The notes under the pieces are model-generated. The model did not search any database. It worked only from the letters and a program-made list of their open reading frames with translations, and was not told where the DNA came from. A stretch of DNA of 64,000 nucleotides from Waterburya sp. (GTDB lineage Bacteria; Cyanobacteriota; Cyanobacteriia; Cyanobacteriales; Coleofasciculaceae). Location of the stretch: NCBI GenBank assembly GCA_036703055.1, contig DATNPV010000303.1:20241-84240 (forward strand), in the 5' to 3' direction. A program made the position numbers and the translations under genes. Shown here one piece after another: positions 10,335-20,023 of this stretch (position 1 is the first letter of the stretch; every line of letters starts with the position of its first letter).

Positions 10335-10558
10335 GCCGACTTCATCTAGTCTTTAAAAACATCCTCAGTAGACCGACCAATGTCATGAATTTAATAATAT
10401 TTTTTAATATTTAAACAGCTATTAAACTTAGGGATGCTAAAACACCTAGACCACGACAGGATTACGTCCTTGCTCAGTTACAAGGGTACTCGAACATAGT
10501 CAAGAGGCAACTTATTTTAGCTCATCACTTCAGAGCAGATGACAAAACTTCTTAAAAA

Positions 10559-11605
10559 TTAGCGTTGGTTGAAGGAGCTGATTTTTCTGGTAATTGCTGG
10601 GTTTTGTCGTGAGACTAACCGACTAATTTGTCTAGCTACACTCGTGTTCAAAAAATAGAATGGACTCCATAAATAACCCCAATAGAAGGCTAGCTCACAA
10701 GCTGTCACTAAATCAGGGGCAGATGAGTGGGCGGCTGGCACTGCGAGGAGGGTGACTTGATCGCGTGTAAAGTGTAATACTATTCGACGTAAGCTGCCGA
10801 AAAATGTTCTTGCCAAAACGGTTGGCCTTTGCCACCAGGGGGTATTGATCATCCGCAGGCAGCAGCTATTCAATCCCACTCCCTGCGAAAGACGGATTAA
10901 ATAATCTTTTTCCAATCGCCAGCCAGGGATTTGATGGTACGTTTCCATAGCTGGGTTGTACCAAATTTCCCAACCGGCGTTGTGAAGGTATAGCAGTGGC
11001 TCCAAATCTTCACCACCGACTAACGACTTACCCACCCTGCCTCTTAGCATCGGCTGTTGGGGAACTACGGCACGCCAAGCTGACTGGCGAACGACTAATC
11101 CTGCGGCGGGAGGTAATTTTAGCTGATCAGGTTCGTACAGATGAGGTTGCGAGCCTCGTTCTGTAATTCCCAAAAACGGTGCAATCCGTTCAAAGTTAAG
11201 GGGAGGTTCAACGTCAAGTTCCCCGTGAATTTGACTAGCGTAGGCACCCGCTTGAGGGTGAGCTTCGCCAAAGGCATAAGCAGCCGCCACCCAGTTGGGA
11301 GCAGGTAAGTTGTCATCATCCAACAAACCTACCCATTCACTCTTCGCTTCTTCAACGGCTCGCATCCGGGCAAAGGCTGCCCCTTGTCGAGGTTCCAAAC
11401 AATACTTTAACCGACTCGGTTGAGGCCATGTTGCTTGAAACTCAGCAACCACCCTAGCCGTCGCATCCTGACTATTGTTATCAACTACAATAATTTCCCA
11501 ATCAAGCTGTGCAACACCAATTTGCGATCGCAATCGCTCCAAAATTTCAGGTAAACGCTCAGCTCCGTTGTACGTTGGAATGGCAACCGTAAAGTCAACT
11601 AACAT
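10559..11605 (-). CDS. family-2 glycosyltransferase with a C-terminal extension (possibly HpsE/F/G-like)
   Basis: GT-A fold N-terminus (VAIPTYNGAERLPEILERL...VVDNNSQD...LDDDN...GGEDLE). Shares an EIWYNPAM motif and overall architecture with its neighbour. Confidence 0.85.
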   Translation of the reverse strand: MLVDFTVAIPTYNGAERLPEILERLRSQIGVAQLDWEIIVVDNNSQDATARVVAEFQATWPQPSRLKYCLEPRQGAAFARMRAVEEAKSEWVGLLDDDNLPAPNWVAAAYAFGEAHPQAGAYASQIHGELDVEPPLNFERIAPFLGITERGSQPHLYEPDQLKLPPAAGLVVRQSAWRAVVPQQPMLRGRVGKSLVGGEDLEPLLYLHNAGWEIWYNPAMETYHQIPGWRLEKDYLIRLSQGVGLNSCCLRMINTPWWQRPTVLARTFFGSLRRIVLHFTRDQVTLLAVPAAHSSAPDLVTACELAFYWGYLWSPFYFLNTSVARQISRLVSRQNPAITRKISSFNQR

Positions 11606-11728
11606 AATGAGTGAAATTAAACATCACTGAGGAGACTGGGCATGGGGCATAGCAAAGCAATAGTTATGTTTCTTGATATCCACCTACTTAGTTGCAGGGT
11701 TAGAGGTTATCGCACCAGAGAAACGGGG

Positions 11729-12722
11729 TTAAGTTTTGCGTCCAAAATATCCATGGCTCCAGAGGTAAAAAGGACTTACAAGACTGCTAACGAAAAGCTG
11801 CATTTCGCAAGCTGCAATTAAATCAGACTGTACGCGGACGTTGTGCCTGAGTAAATGAAATGCAATCTTTCGCAAATCGTTAACCATGTAAGCTACAGTA
11901 GCCATTGGTCGCTGCCAAGGGTGTACACTCAGCATCCGCGTCACATGCCGACTCAACCCAATCCCCCGAAAAAATGGAATTAAATACTCGCGTTCTAAAC
12001 GCCAGTGAGGAATTTTGTGAGCAATTTGCATAGCCGGGTTGTACCAAATTTCCCAACCTTGAGCTTGAATATGAGCTAACATCTCCAAATCTTCGCCAGT
12101 GAGCCAAGTGCCTGAAGTGCGTCCGGATAGAACTAAGTGTTGCGGAACACTCTCTAACCAGGCTTGTTTGCGCACCACCAATCCCGCCGATGGGGGAAGA
12201 ACTCGCTGCTGCGGCTCATAGCGCGATGGTTCTGAACCTCGTTCGGTAATAGCTAAAAAGGGAGTTAGTCGATGAAAATTTTCCGGAGGCATAACCTCAA
12301 AATCTCCCCGGATTCGACTGCCATAAGCACCCGCCGTTGGATGTTCTTGAGCAAAGGCGTAGGCAGCTTTTACCCAGTCTGGCGTGGGGATATTATCATC
12401 ATCAAGAAAACCGATCAGTGTGCCTTTCGCTTCCTCAAAAGCACGGCGTCGTGCAAATGCTGCTCCTTGTTTTGGCTCAAAGCAATACCTTAAGGGACAC
12501 GACTGGGGCCAGTTGGCTTGATAGGATTGAATAACCTTTGCGGTGTCATCCGTACTATTGTTGTCAACCACAAGAACTTCCCATCGGAAGCTCTGGCTAG
12601 GACTGGCGTCTGTTGCTTTATCTTCACCAGCCATTCGCAGTTGATCTAAAACTTCTGGTAGACGCCTTGCCCCGTTATAGGTGGGGATGGCGACAGTCAA
12701 ATCAACCACCATCGTATTTACC
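11729..12722 (-). CDS. family-2 glycosyltransferase, tandem paralog of 10559..11605
   Basis: Same motifs (TVAIPTYNGARRLPEVLDQL, VVDNNSTDD, LDDDN, TGEDLE, EIWYNPAM). Start set at the ATG at 12722 (MVVDLTV...) rather than the upstream ATG at 12751. Confidence 0.85.
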
Positions 12723-12762
12723 AAGAATACGGCTCCAATTGCCAGCACCACGAATGAACATC

Positions 12763-12802
12763 CTCTCCCCCAGTTCCCCCAGCTCTCCCAGCTTCCCCAG
12801 CT
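12763..12802. repeat. STRR-like short tandem repeat (~9-mer CCCCAGCT-type, 4 units)
   Basis: tcccccagttcccccagctctcccagcttccccagct, between GT2 and miaB. Confidence 0.5.
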
Positions 12803-14180
12803 ATTTTCTTAGGAGTGGTGTCAACATAACCGGGCTTTGCGCGATCGCTTCACCCGTTAAGCTAAAGGCACGAACTTCGGTAATTTTAACCTTCACCAAT
12901 TGACCTTTTAACTCCTGAATATTGCCAGCAAAGAAGGTGAGGCGATTGCCCCGTGTACGTCCCATCACCTGCGTGGAATCTTTGGGATTTTGGTCTTCAA
13001 CCAAAACTTCTTCAATTCGTCCCAGGTATCGCAACGATCGCTCGGCAGCTTTACTTGCCACCAGATGATTGAGGCGTTGGAGGCGATCGCTTTTTACCTC
13101 CTCACTGAGTTGATTCTCCCACACGGCGGCTGGAGTACCAGGACGGGGAGAATAAGCGGCTGTATTGAGTTGGTCAAATCCAATATCCTCAACCACTTTC
13201 AGCGTATTCTCAAACTGCTGTTCAGTTTCTCCGGGAAAGCCTACAATCGCATCCGCACTAATTGACGCATCGGGCATATACTCGCGAATCTTGTCAATAA
13301 TACGGCGGTATTTCTCCTGAGTGTAACCCCGTGCCATAGCCTTGAGAATGTCGTTATCCCCAGATTGGAAGGGAATGTGGAAGTGTTCGCATACCTTGGG
13401 CAACTCAGCACAGGCGCGAATCAAACGCTCAGTGAAATAGCGGGGATGACTCGTGGCGAAGCGAAGACGCTCAATTCCTGGTACATCGTGTACATAATAC
13501 AGCAAATCTGTCAAGGTATGCTGATGACGCCCGGATTCGGTGACACCGGGCAAATCACGTCCGTAGGCATCAATATTCTGACCGAGTAGGGTAATTTCTT
13601 TGTAGCCCTGTCGCCCCAGTTCCTGCATCTCAGCGCGAATGGTTTCTGGGGTACGAGATTGCTCCACTCCCCGGACGTTAGGAACCACGCAGTATGTGCA
13701 GCGCTCATTGCAGCCGTAAATCACATTCACCCAAGCTGTAACGGTGCTATCACGGCGAGGCGTGGTGATGTCTTCCACAATATGAATCGGTTCGGTGGCG
13801 ACAACTTGGTTACCGTTGAACACCTGTTCCAGCAAATCCCCCAGACGATTGGCATGTTGTGGCCCCATGACTAAATCGAGTTCGGGTACCCGCCGCAATA
13901 AAGCTTCTCCTTCCTGCTGGGCAACACATCCAGCAACCACCAACGTTAAGTCGGGTTGTTCGTGTTTGCGCTTAGCCTGTCTTCCCAGGTAAGAATAAAC
14001 TTTTTGCTCGGCGTTATCGCGGATGGTGCAGGTGTTGTAGAGAACTAAGCTAGCCTCATTGGGGTCTTCTGACCACTCGAAACCCATATCTTCTAAGATA
14101 CCAGCCATGCGTTCCGAGTCGGCTTTATTCATCTGGCAACCGAAAGTGGTGATGTGATAGCGACGGCGAGAAGTGGTCAT
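12801..14180 (-). CDS. miaB: tRNA-i6A37 methylthiotransferase
   Basis: N-terminal MTTase domain ([10 protein letters not shown]), radical-SAM CxxxCxxC (CNERCTYC), C-terminal TRAM; 459 aa. Confidence 0.95.
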   Translation of the reverse strand: MTTSRRRYHITTFGCQMNKADSERMAGILEDMGFEWSEDPNEASLVLYNTCTIRDNAEQKVYSYLGRQAKRKHEQPDLTLVVAGCVAQQEGEALLRRVPELDLVMGPQHANRLGDLLEQVFNGNQVVATEPIHIVEDITTPRRDSTVTAWVNVIYGCNERCTYCVVPNVRGVEQSRTPETIRAEMQELGRQGYKEITLLGQNIDAYGRDLPGVTESGRHQHTLTDLLYYVHDVPGIERLRFATSHPRYFTERLIRACAELPKVCEHFHIPFQSGDNDILKAMARGYTQEKYRRIIDKIREYMPDASISADAIVGFPGETEQQFENTLKVVEDIGFDQLNTAAYSPRPGTPAAVWENQLSEEVKSDRLQRLNHLVASKAAERSLRYLGRIEEVLVEDQNPKDSTQVMGRTRGNRLTFFAGNIQELKGQLVKVKITEVRAFSLTGEAIAQSPVMLTPLLRK

Positions 14181-14445
14181 GGACGGCTACAACTAAAACA
14201 GTCGAAATTACAGGGACTGTATCTATAGTACCCAGCCGGAGAGTACAGCGTGGGTCATGTATCTTACCAATTTCAGTCCTTGAATCTGCAAGAACAGAGC
14301 GGTTTGCATTGGGATCAGGTACAGGGCTGATGGTTTTAAGGTAGAGAGCAGAAGTTTTTATGGCATCAATTCAATTTTGATTTCGTCCTGATGCTGTAAC
14401 CCCCGGTCTGAATAAAGCACTAGCAACTTTAATAGGAGATTTCCT

Positions 14446-14589
14446 ATGTGCAACTACATGACCGGGTTTTCACTGCAATCCCGTTCAGGGATTTGGTGTG
14501 AAAGCCTTACCTTTTTATGCGAACCTTTTTTCAGCGGTCTTTGTGTAAGGTTCGAGGATGAGGACGATAATCGGGGCAGTGGGCGCTAA
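14446..14589 (+). CDS. candidate 47-aa small protein (4 Cys)
   Basis: ATG preceded by AGGAG with a 7-nt spacer; MCNYMTGFSLQSRSGIWCESLTFLCEPFFSGLCVRFEDEDDNRGSGR. An intrinsic terminator lies 80 nt downstream on the same strand. Too short for the supplied ORF track. Confidence 0.25.
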   Translation: MCNYMTGFSLQSRSGIWCESLTFLCEPFFSGLCVRFEDEDDNRGSGR

Positions 14590-14668
14590 ATGGAAATACC
14601 ACTAGAGGCGATTAAAACTGCTGGATTGTGAGGAGATTGAGAAATTGAGAGCAGCAATGGACTTACTA

Positions 14669-14700
14669 CCCGGCTCGATGAGCCGGGTTTCTGCTGTTTG
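14669..14700 (+). terminator. intrinsic terminator (CCCGGCT-cgatg-AGCCGGG then TTTCTGCTGTTTG)
   Basis: A GC-rich 7-bp stem followed by a U-tract on the + strand only. Confidence 0.5.
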
Positions 14701-14711
14701 GCGATAGGTTT

Positions 14712-14996
14712 TCAGATGCAGCGTTCTAGGTAATGTTCCAGAGCAATAATAGCTGCCTCAATATTTTTTTGTGCTGCATGGAGTAAGAGTAAGTCTTCTT
14801 GCATATCTTTATTGATCTGTTGAGTGCTTGTATCCACTAGAGCGTCTTTGAGCATCGCTTCCAGAGGACTACCCGGCTTTGGTTTGAGTGCATTGTTGAT
14901 TCGTTTGAGTGAGTAGAGATGGCGTCGGGTATGGTAACTGGTTGGTATCATTTTGGGTAAATTTTTAGTCAACACATTAACCGCGGCTGCTCCCAA
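14712..14996 (-). CDS. hypothetical protein (94 aa)
   Basis: ORF with only a helical, charged C-terminus; no motif recognised. Confidence 0.3.
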   Translation of the reverse strand: MGAAAVNVLTKNLPKMIPTSYHTRRHLYSLKRINNALKPKPGSPLEAMLKDALVDTSTQQINKDMQEDLLLLHAAQKNIEAAIIALEHYLERCI

Positions 14997-15327
14997 ACTG
15001 CCACTAAATAAGCTAGCGCGCGTTTAAATTGCGCATTTCATAACTTAGAACCAAGCTGTCAAACTGCCTCCCCGTCAGTCAAGAGCAGGCAAGTTAGAAG
15101 CATGACAGCTTAATTGCGTGGGGGAGTATAGCGATACACCCTGATTGCTGTTGCGGAACTTCTTCCCCGAATGTGTCGTCTAGCCTAGAGCGGGAAGTCA
15201 TTAAGCGATCGCAATCTTAGCGCGGTCGCTTTTTTGCATCTCAAACCTTAAACAGCCGAATTATGCAACTCGAACTATGCAACTATCTTAAGAAATAATA
15301 TTTTCCCTATTATAGCATAACCATATA

Positions 15328-15344
15328 ATGTGACAATTGTCACG
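15328..15344. promoter_or_regulatory. CRP-family-type palindrome TGTGAC-AATT-GTCACG overlapping a perfect TATAAT
   Basis: GTGACAATTGTCAC is a perfect 14-bp palindrome; TATAAT sits at 15324..15329. About 180 nt upstream of the small secreted-protein ORF at 15526. Confidence 0.35.
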
Positions 15345-15525
15345 GTAATATAGGCCACTTTTTTAAGTGTCAGAGCTAACCTGCTCTTGAAGCCAGTAAT
15401 TACTTATTGGTTAAAGAGGTATGGATTGGACACTTTCACAAGTGTCTCTCTCACTAAATTTTTTACTGACCCTGCCTATGGACGTCCGAATCAGTGATTA
15501 AGTCGCCTGAAAAGGACATCCCGCA

Positions 15526-15729
15526 ATGCCTACTTACAAATCAAGCCTGTTAGCAAGTTTGTTATTTACTGGCCTAGCTGTTTATTCTCCGGTGCTGGTG
15601 TCGGGGTCTAATGTGCTACAGCCGTCTAATTTTGATCAACAACTATCAACACAACAGTTACATGCACAAACTGATTGTCCTGACAATGGGCAGAGTCCCG
15701 CCCCTGGATGTGGGCGGAGAGATAAATAA
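15526..15729 (+). CDS. small secreted protein (67 aa; signal peptide, 2 Cys)
   Basis: N-terminal hydrophobic signal (LLASLLFTGLAVYSPVLVSG), then a polar Gln-rich mature region. Confidence 0.3.
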   Translation: MPTYKSSLLASLLFTGLAVYSPVLVSGSNVLQPSNFDQQLSTQQLHAQTDCPDNGQSPAPGCGRRDK

Positions 15730-15866
15730 GTCAATCGATTCAACGGCTGATTCACTTATTTTTTTCTAGCCAGTCTAATTTTATAAATGGGCCGCTGAAT
15801 CATTGTCAGCCAAATCGCTGAAAATCATTCAGTAAAATGGCTGATATTTAAAGGAAAGATAACTCC

Positions 15867-17300
15867 TCAGGCTGGTTTCCACTTACCGTGAAAACTATGG
15901 GGAATCACACTGGGTAATCCTAACCTACAGATGGGTTCCTGATCCAAAGCGTCGCTATCAAACACGACTACTTCACTCGTGTCAGAATTGCCATCATAGA
16001 CAACACTCAGCACCCAACCCTGTTCAGGATTCAAGGCGTCGGCAGCATAAAGAGGTTCAGAGGGATAGCAATTCTCTGTCAAGTGAGCGATGGTCAAGGT
16101 ATCCGTTTTTGGTTGGAATCGTGCGATCGCGCCCAATAACTCCTGACCAATATCTACCCCATCCCGGAAGACCGATAAATAAATATCCGTCGAGGGTTGT
16201 CCTACACACTGCGGCAGCACATTGGGGAATTCACACGCTCTGTCTAATAATTCCACAAGCTGCGTTACTTTCCCTGTCTGGGGATTTAAACGCGCTTGCC
16301 AAAATGTACCCTTAGCCTTGGTGTGGGTTTGACCTGTCGCCACTTTTTTCAAATACTCATTGGTTTGAAAGTCTCGATAGCGGACAAACTCAACGACAAT
16401 TAAACCATCGCTATCAATATAGCCATTGCTAAAGTGCCACTGGAACCAAGACTCAGTTTCACCGCGACTGACGACAGCAAGGGTTTCACGATCAATGACG
16501 ATAACCTGAGTTGGTTGATCAGGTTGCCATGCCAAGGCATCACTATAGCTGCTCAAACCAAGTCCCGCGGGCAGAAGATTCACTCGCACGGGCGGCACGA
16601 AAAAAACCAGATATGGCCCTGCCAACGCAAAATCATGCACCAGAGGCAGACCCTTCAACGATACTGAACTCTGTTGGATAATCTTGCCAGTCGAGTCACT
16701 TTTATAAATCTTGAGTTTGGCATTCAGTCCTACGGCAACGCCAAAGTTAAAAATCTCACCTGTTTTTGGATCAACTTTGGGATGAGCGGAAAAGGGTGAA
16801 TCCTTGCCCAATTGGTTTAAAGTATCAGTTCCCCAAGTTTCCAGCGTCTGAAGGTCGAGAGCATGGGGATTTCCACCTTCCCATAGTGCTAACAATTTAT
16901 CCGGTAATACCAGCACCGAGGTATTACCGGCATTTTTCACCGATTTACCCCATCGCTGCCAAATTGGCCCTGGTGCAGTCATGCCATAGTTAGGGTACAG
17001 AAATCTGCCTGTTTCGGCTTCGTCTTGGTAACCAACGGTTTGCACGTAGCGATAGAGTCCCATCGCACCTGCATCTGTAAAATGCACGCCCAGAATTGCT
17101 CCATCGCCATCGAACCAATGCCCCACTCGCACACCATCCCGTTCTAAGCGCGCAGGGCCATTGCGATAGAGTGAACCCCGTAATCCTTGCGGAATTTTAC
17201 CAGAAAGGATAGGCAGGGGGGTGGGTGGAAATTCTAGGGCTGGTCGGGCAATGGCTTTTGCCCAAGCTTTATCGGTGGCTGGTTTAAGGGTTGTGGTCAT
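15867..17300 (-). CDS. carotenoid cleavage oxygenase (apocarotenoid-15,15'-oxygenase-like, RPE65 family)
   Basis: 477 aa. Characteristic LYRNGPAR...GHWFDGDG N-terminus and conserved His-containing beta-propeller motifs (FSAHPKVDPKTGE, HDFALAGPYLVF). Confidence 0.9.
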   Translation of the reverse strand: MTTTLKPATDKAWAKAIARPALEFPPTPLPILSGKIPQGLRGSLYRNGPARLERDGVRVGHWFDGDGAILGVHFTDAGAMGLYRYVQTVGYQDEAETGRFLYPNYGMTAPGPIWQRWGKSVKNAGNTSVLVLPDKLLALWEGGNPHALDLQTLETWGTDTLNQLGKDSPFSAHPKVDPKTGEIFNFGVAVGLNAKLKIYKSDSTGKIIQQSSVSLKGLPLVHDFALAGPYLVFFVPPVRVNLLPAGLGLSSYSDALAWQPDQPTQVIVIDRETLAVVSRGETESWFQWHFSNGYIDSDGLIVVEFVRYRDFQTNEYLKKVATGQTHTKAKGTFWQARLNPQTGKVTQLVELLDRACEFPNVLPQCVGQPSTDIYLSVFRDGVDIGQELLGAIARFQPKTDTLTIAHLTENCYPSEPLYAADALNPEQGWVLSVVYDGNSDTSEVVVFDSDALDQEPICRLGLPSVIPHSFHGKWKPA

Positions 17301-17374
17301 GCTGTCAAAAAACTAGGGGCTGAACCGTTGGCTCATTAGATCTCTTGCATAAATCCTGAAATGCCCCCTAAATC

Positions 17375-17423
17375 CCCCAATTTTGGGGGACTTTGACTTC
17401 AAGTTCCCCCCATAATTGGGGGC
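17375..17423. repeat. two adjacent C5/G5 hairpin repeats (CCCCCAATTTTGGGGG and CCCCCCATAATTGGGGG)
   Basis: Seen directly, in the promoter region of the carotenoid oxygenase. Confidence 0.4.
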
Positions 17424-17540
17424 GTCGGGGGGCGAAAATCGACTTTTGCAAGAGGTCTATTGAAGAGGATCGCTGCTACGGTTATTTTATTAACTTTTAT
17501 GACGAATTTGGACATCCCGACCCTGCCTGAAGAAAGAGGG

Positions 17541-17676
17541 GACGGGGGGACAAGGGGGACAAGGGAGAGAAATTTATAAGTGTGCTGGCGTAGGTCGTTC
17601 ATGAGTGGCTAGGCTTTTCCATATCTAATGCAGCAAGCATAGAGAACAATACGCCATGCCCCATGCCCTATGCCCA
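17541..17676. repeat. repeat-rich segment: GGGGACAA x2 (17541..17570) and heptamer CCATGCC/CTATGCC x3 (17654..17676)
   Basis: Seen directly. The same heptamer in reverse orientation occurs at 11638..11653. Confidence 0.45.
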
Positions 17677-17820
17677 GCCAACAGGAAAGTTAAATGTGGA
17701 ATAGCTGACTTTGGCAACCTGGACGATTGATTTCCATCTTTTTTCTGGTAGGGGGTGACACCCCCCACCCCACTGATGGTATATTGTGCTTAGTAGATGC
17801 ACCCTGATAATCTAAGAGAG

Positions 17821-18261
17821 TCACGCAAGTGGCTCTTTTTCCTTTCCAGTGGTTTCATGCTTCTTTGCAGAACCTTGAGTCCCCAATTGGATCAGCTCAA
17901 TCTTATATCCGTTCGGGTCTTCCACAAAAGCAATGACCGTTGAACCATGCTTCATTGGCCCTGGCTCACGGGTAATTTTCCCGCCTTTAAGCCGGATTTG
18001 GGCACAGGTATCGTAAATATTATCGACGCCAAGGGCAATGTGACCGTAGGCATCCCCCAATTCGTACTTATCAACACCCCAGTTGTGAGTGAGTTCAAGG
18101 ACGGTGTGGTCAGACTCATCCCCGTACCCCACGAAAGCGAGGGTAAATTCGCCGCCTGGATAATCCTTTTGACGTAGCAGCTTCATTCCCAAAATATCGC
18201 AGTAAAACTTGAGCGATTCCTCAAGGTTGCAGACCCGCAGCATTGTGTGTAGCATTCGCAT
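17821..18261 (-). CDS. gloA: lactoylglutathione lyase (glyoxalase I)
   Basis: [20 protein letters not shown]...[13 protein letters not shown] aligns closely with E. coli GloA. Start moved to the Met at 18261 (ORF track starts at 18318). Confidence 0.9.
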   Translation of the reverse strand: MRMLHTMLRVCNLEESLKFYCDILGMKLLRQKDYPGGEFTLAFVGYGDESDHTVLELTHNWGVDKYELGDAYGHIALGVDNIYDTCAQIRLKGGKITREPGPMKHGSTVIAFVEDPNGYKIELIQLGTQGSAKKHETTGKEKEPLA

Positions 18262-18568
18262 GGGCTGTCTATTTCCTCCTGATGCGGTTTCTTCTGTGTT
18301 CATTCTAAGAAGAGACACCCTTTAGGAGGTGTAAGGTTCTTGAGGAGAAATCCCTACTTGTTGGTAGGTGGTAATACGATTGGGATCGATAGACTTCCTT
18401 AAAGTTGACATTTGACCAGCGACACAAGACGTATCCTAATCGCTGGAGTCGTCCGATTTTAGATTCTTGGATTTTGGATTGGCATCCTCTAGAGAAATCT
18501 GAGGGTTGAAAGGTAATCCTGCTAAGCGATAATCCAAAATCGGCAATCTAAAATCCCAAACTGCTTAG

Positions 18569-19867
<1,299 letters not shown>

Positions 19868-19900
19868 CAAGAAGGGAAATATCTTATTTTCCTTTGTTTC

Positions 19901-19922
19901 AGGGTGCGTCGGGACGCACCCT
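19901..19922. repeat. REP-like palindrome AGGGTGCGTC-GGG-ACGCACCCT (copy 1 of 3)
   Basis: Near-identical copies at 49767..49790 and 52805..52830; all intergenic. Confidence 0.5.
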
Positions 19923-20023
19923 ACACTCCGGTGTGCGATCGCATCAGCTCCAAAGCCTGAAAATCTTTCTCCCTTAACCCCGATCTCCTAACTCCTGATT
20001 TCTGACGCCTGACCCCTTTAAAC

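Noticed and set aside
12723-12751. Alternative upstream ATG for the second GT2 (MVLAIGAVFLVNTM...)
   Set aside because: The paralog begins MLVDFTVAIPT; the homologous MVVDLTVAIPT start at 12722 is preferred, though the upstream Met cannot be excluded.
17399-17602. 67-aa - strand ORF
   Set aside because: It is composed of STRR/G-rich repeat DNA in a promoter region.
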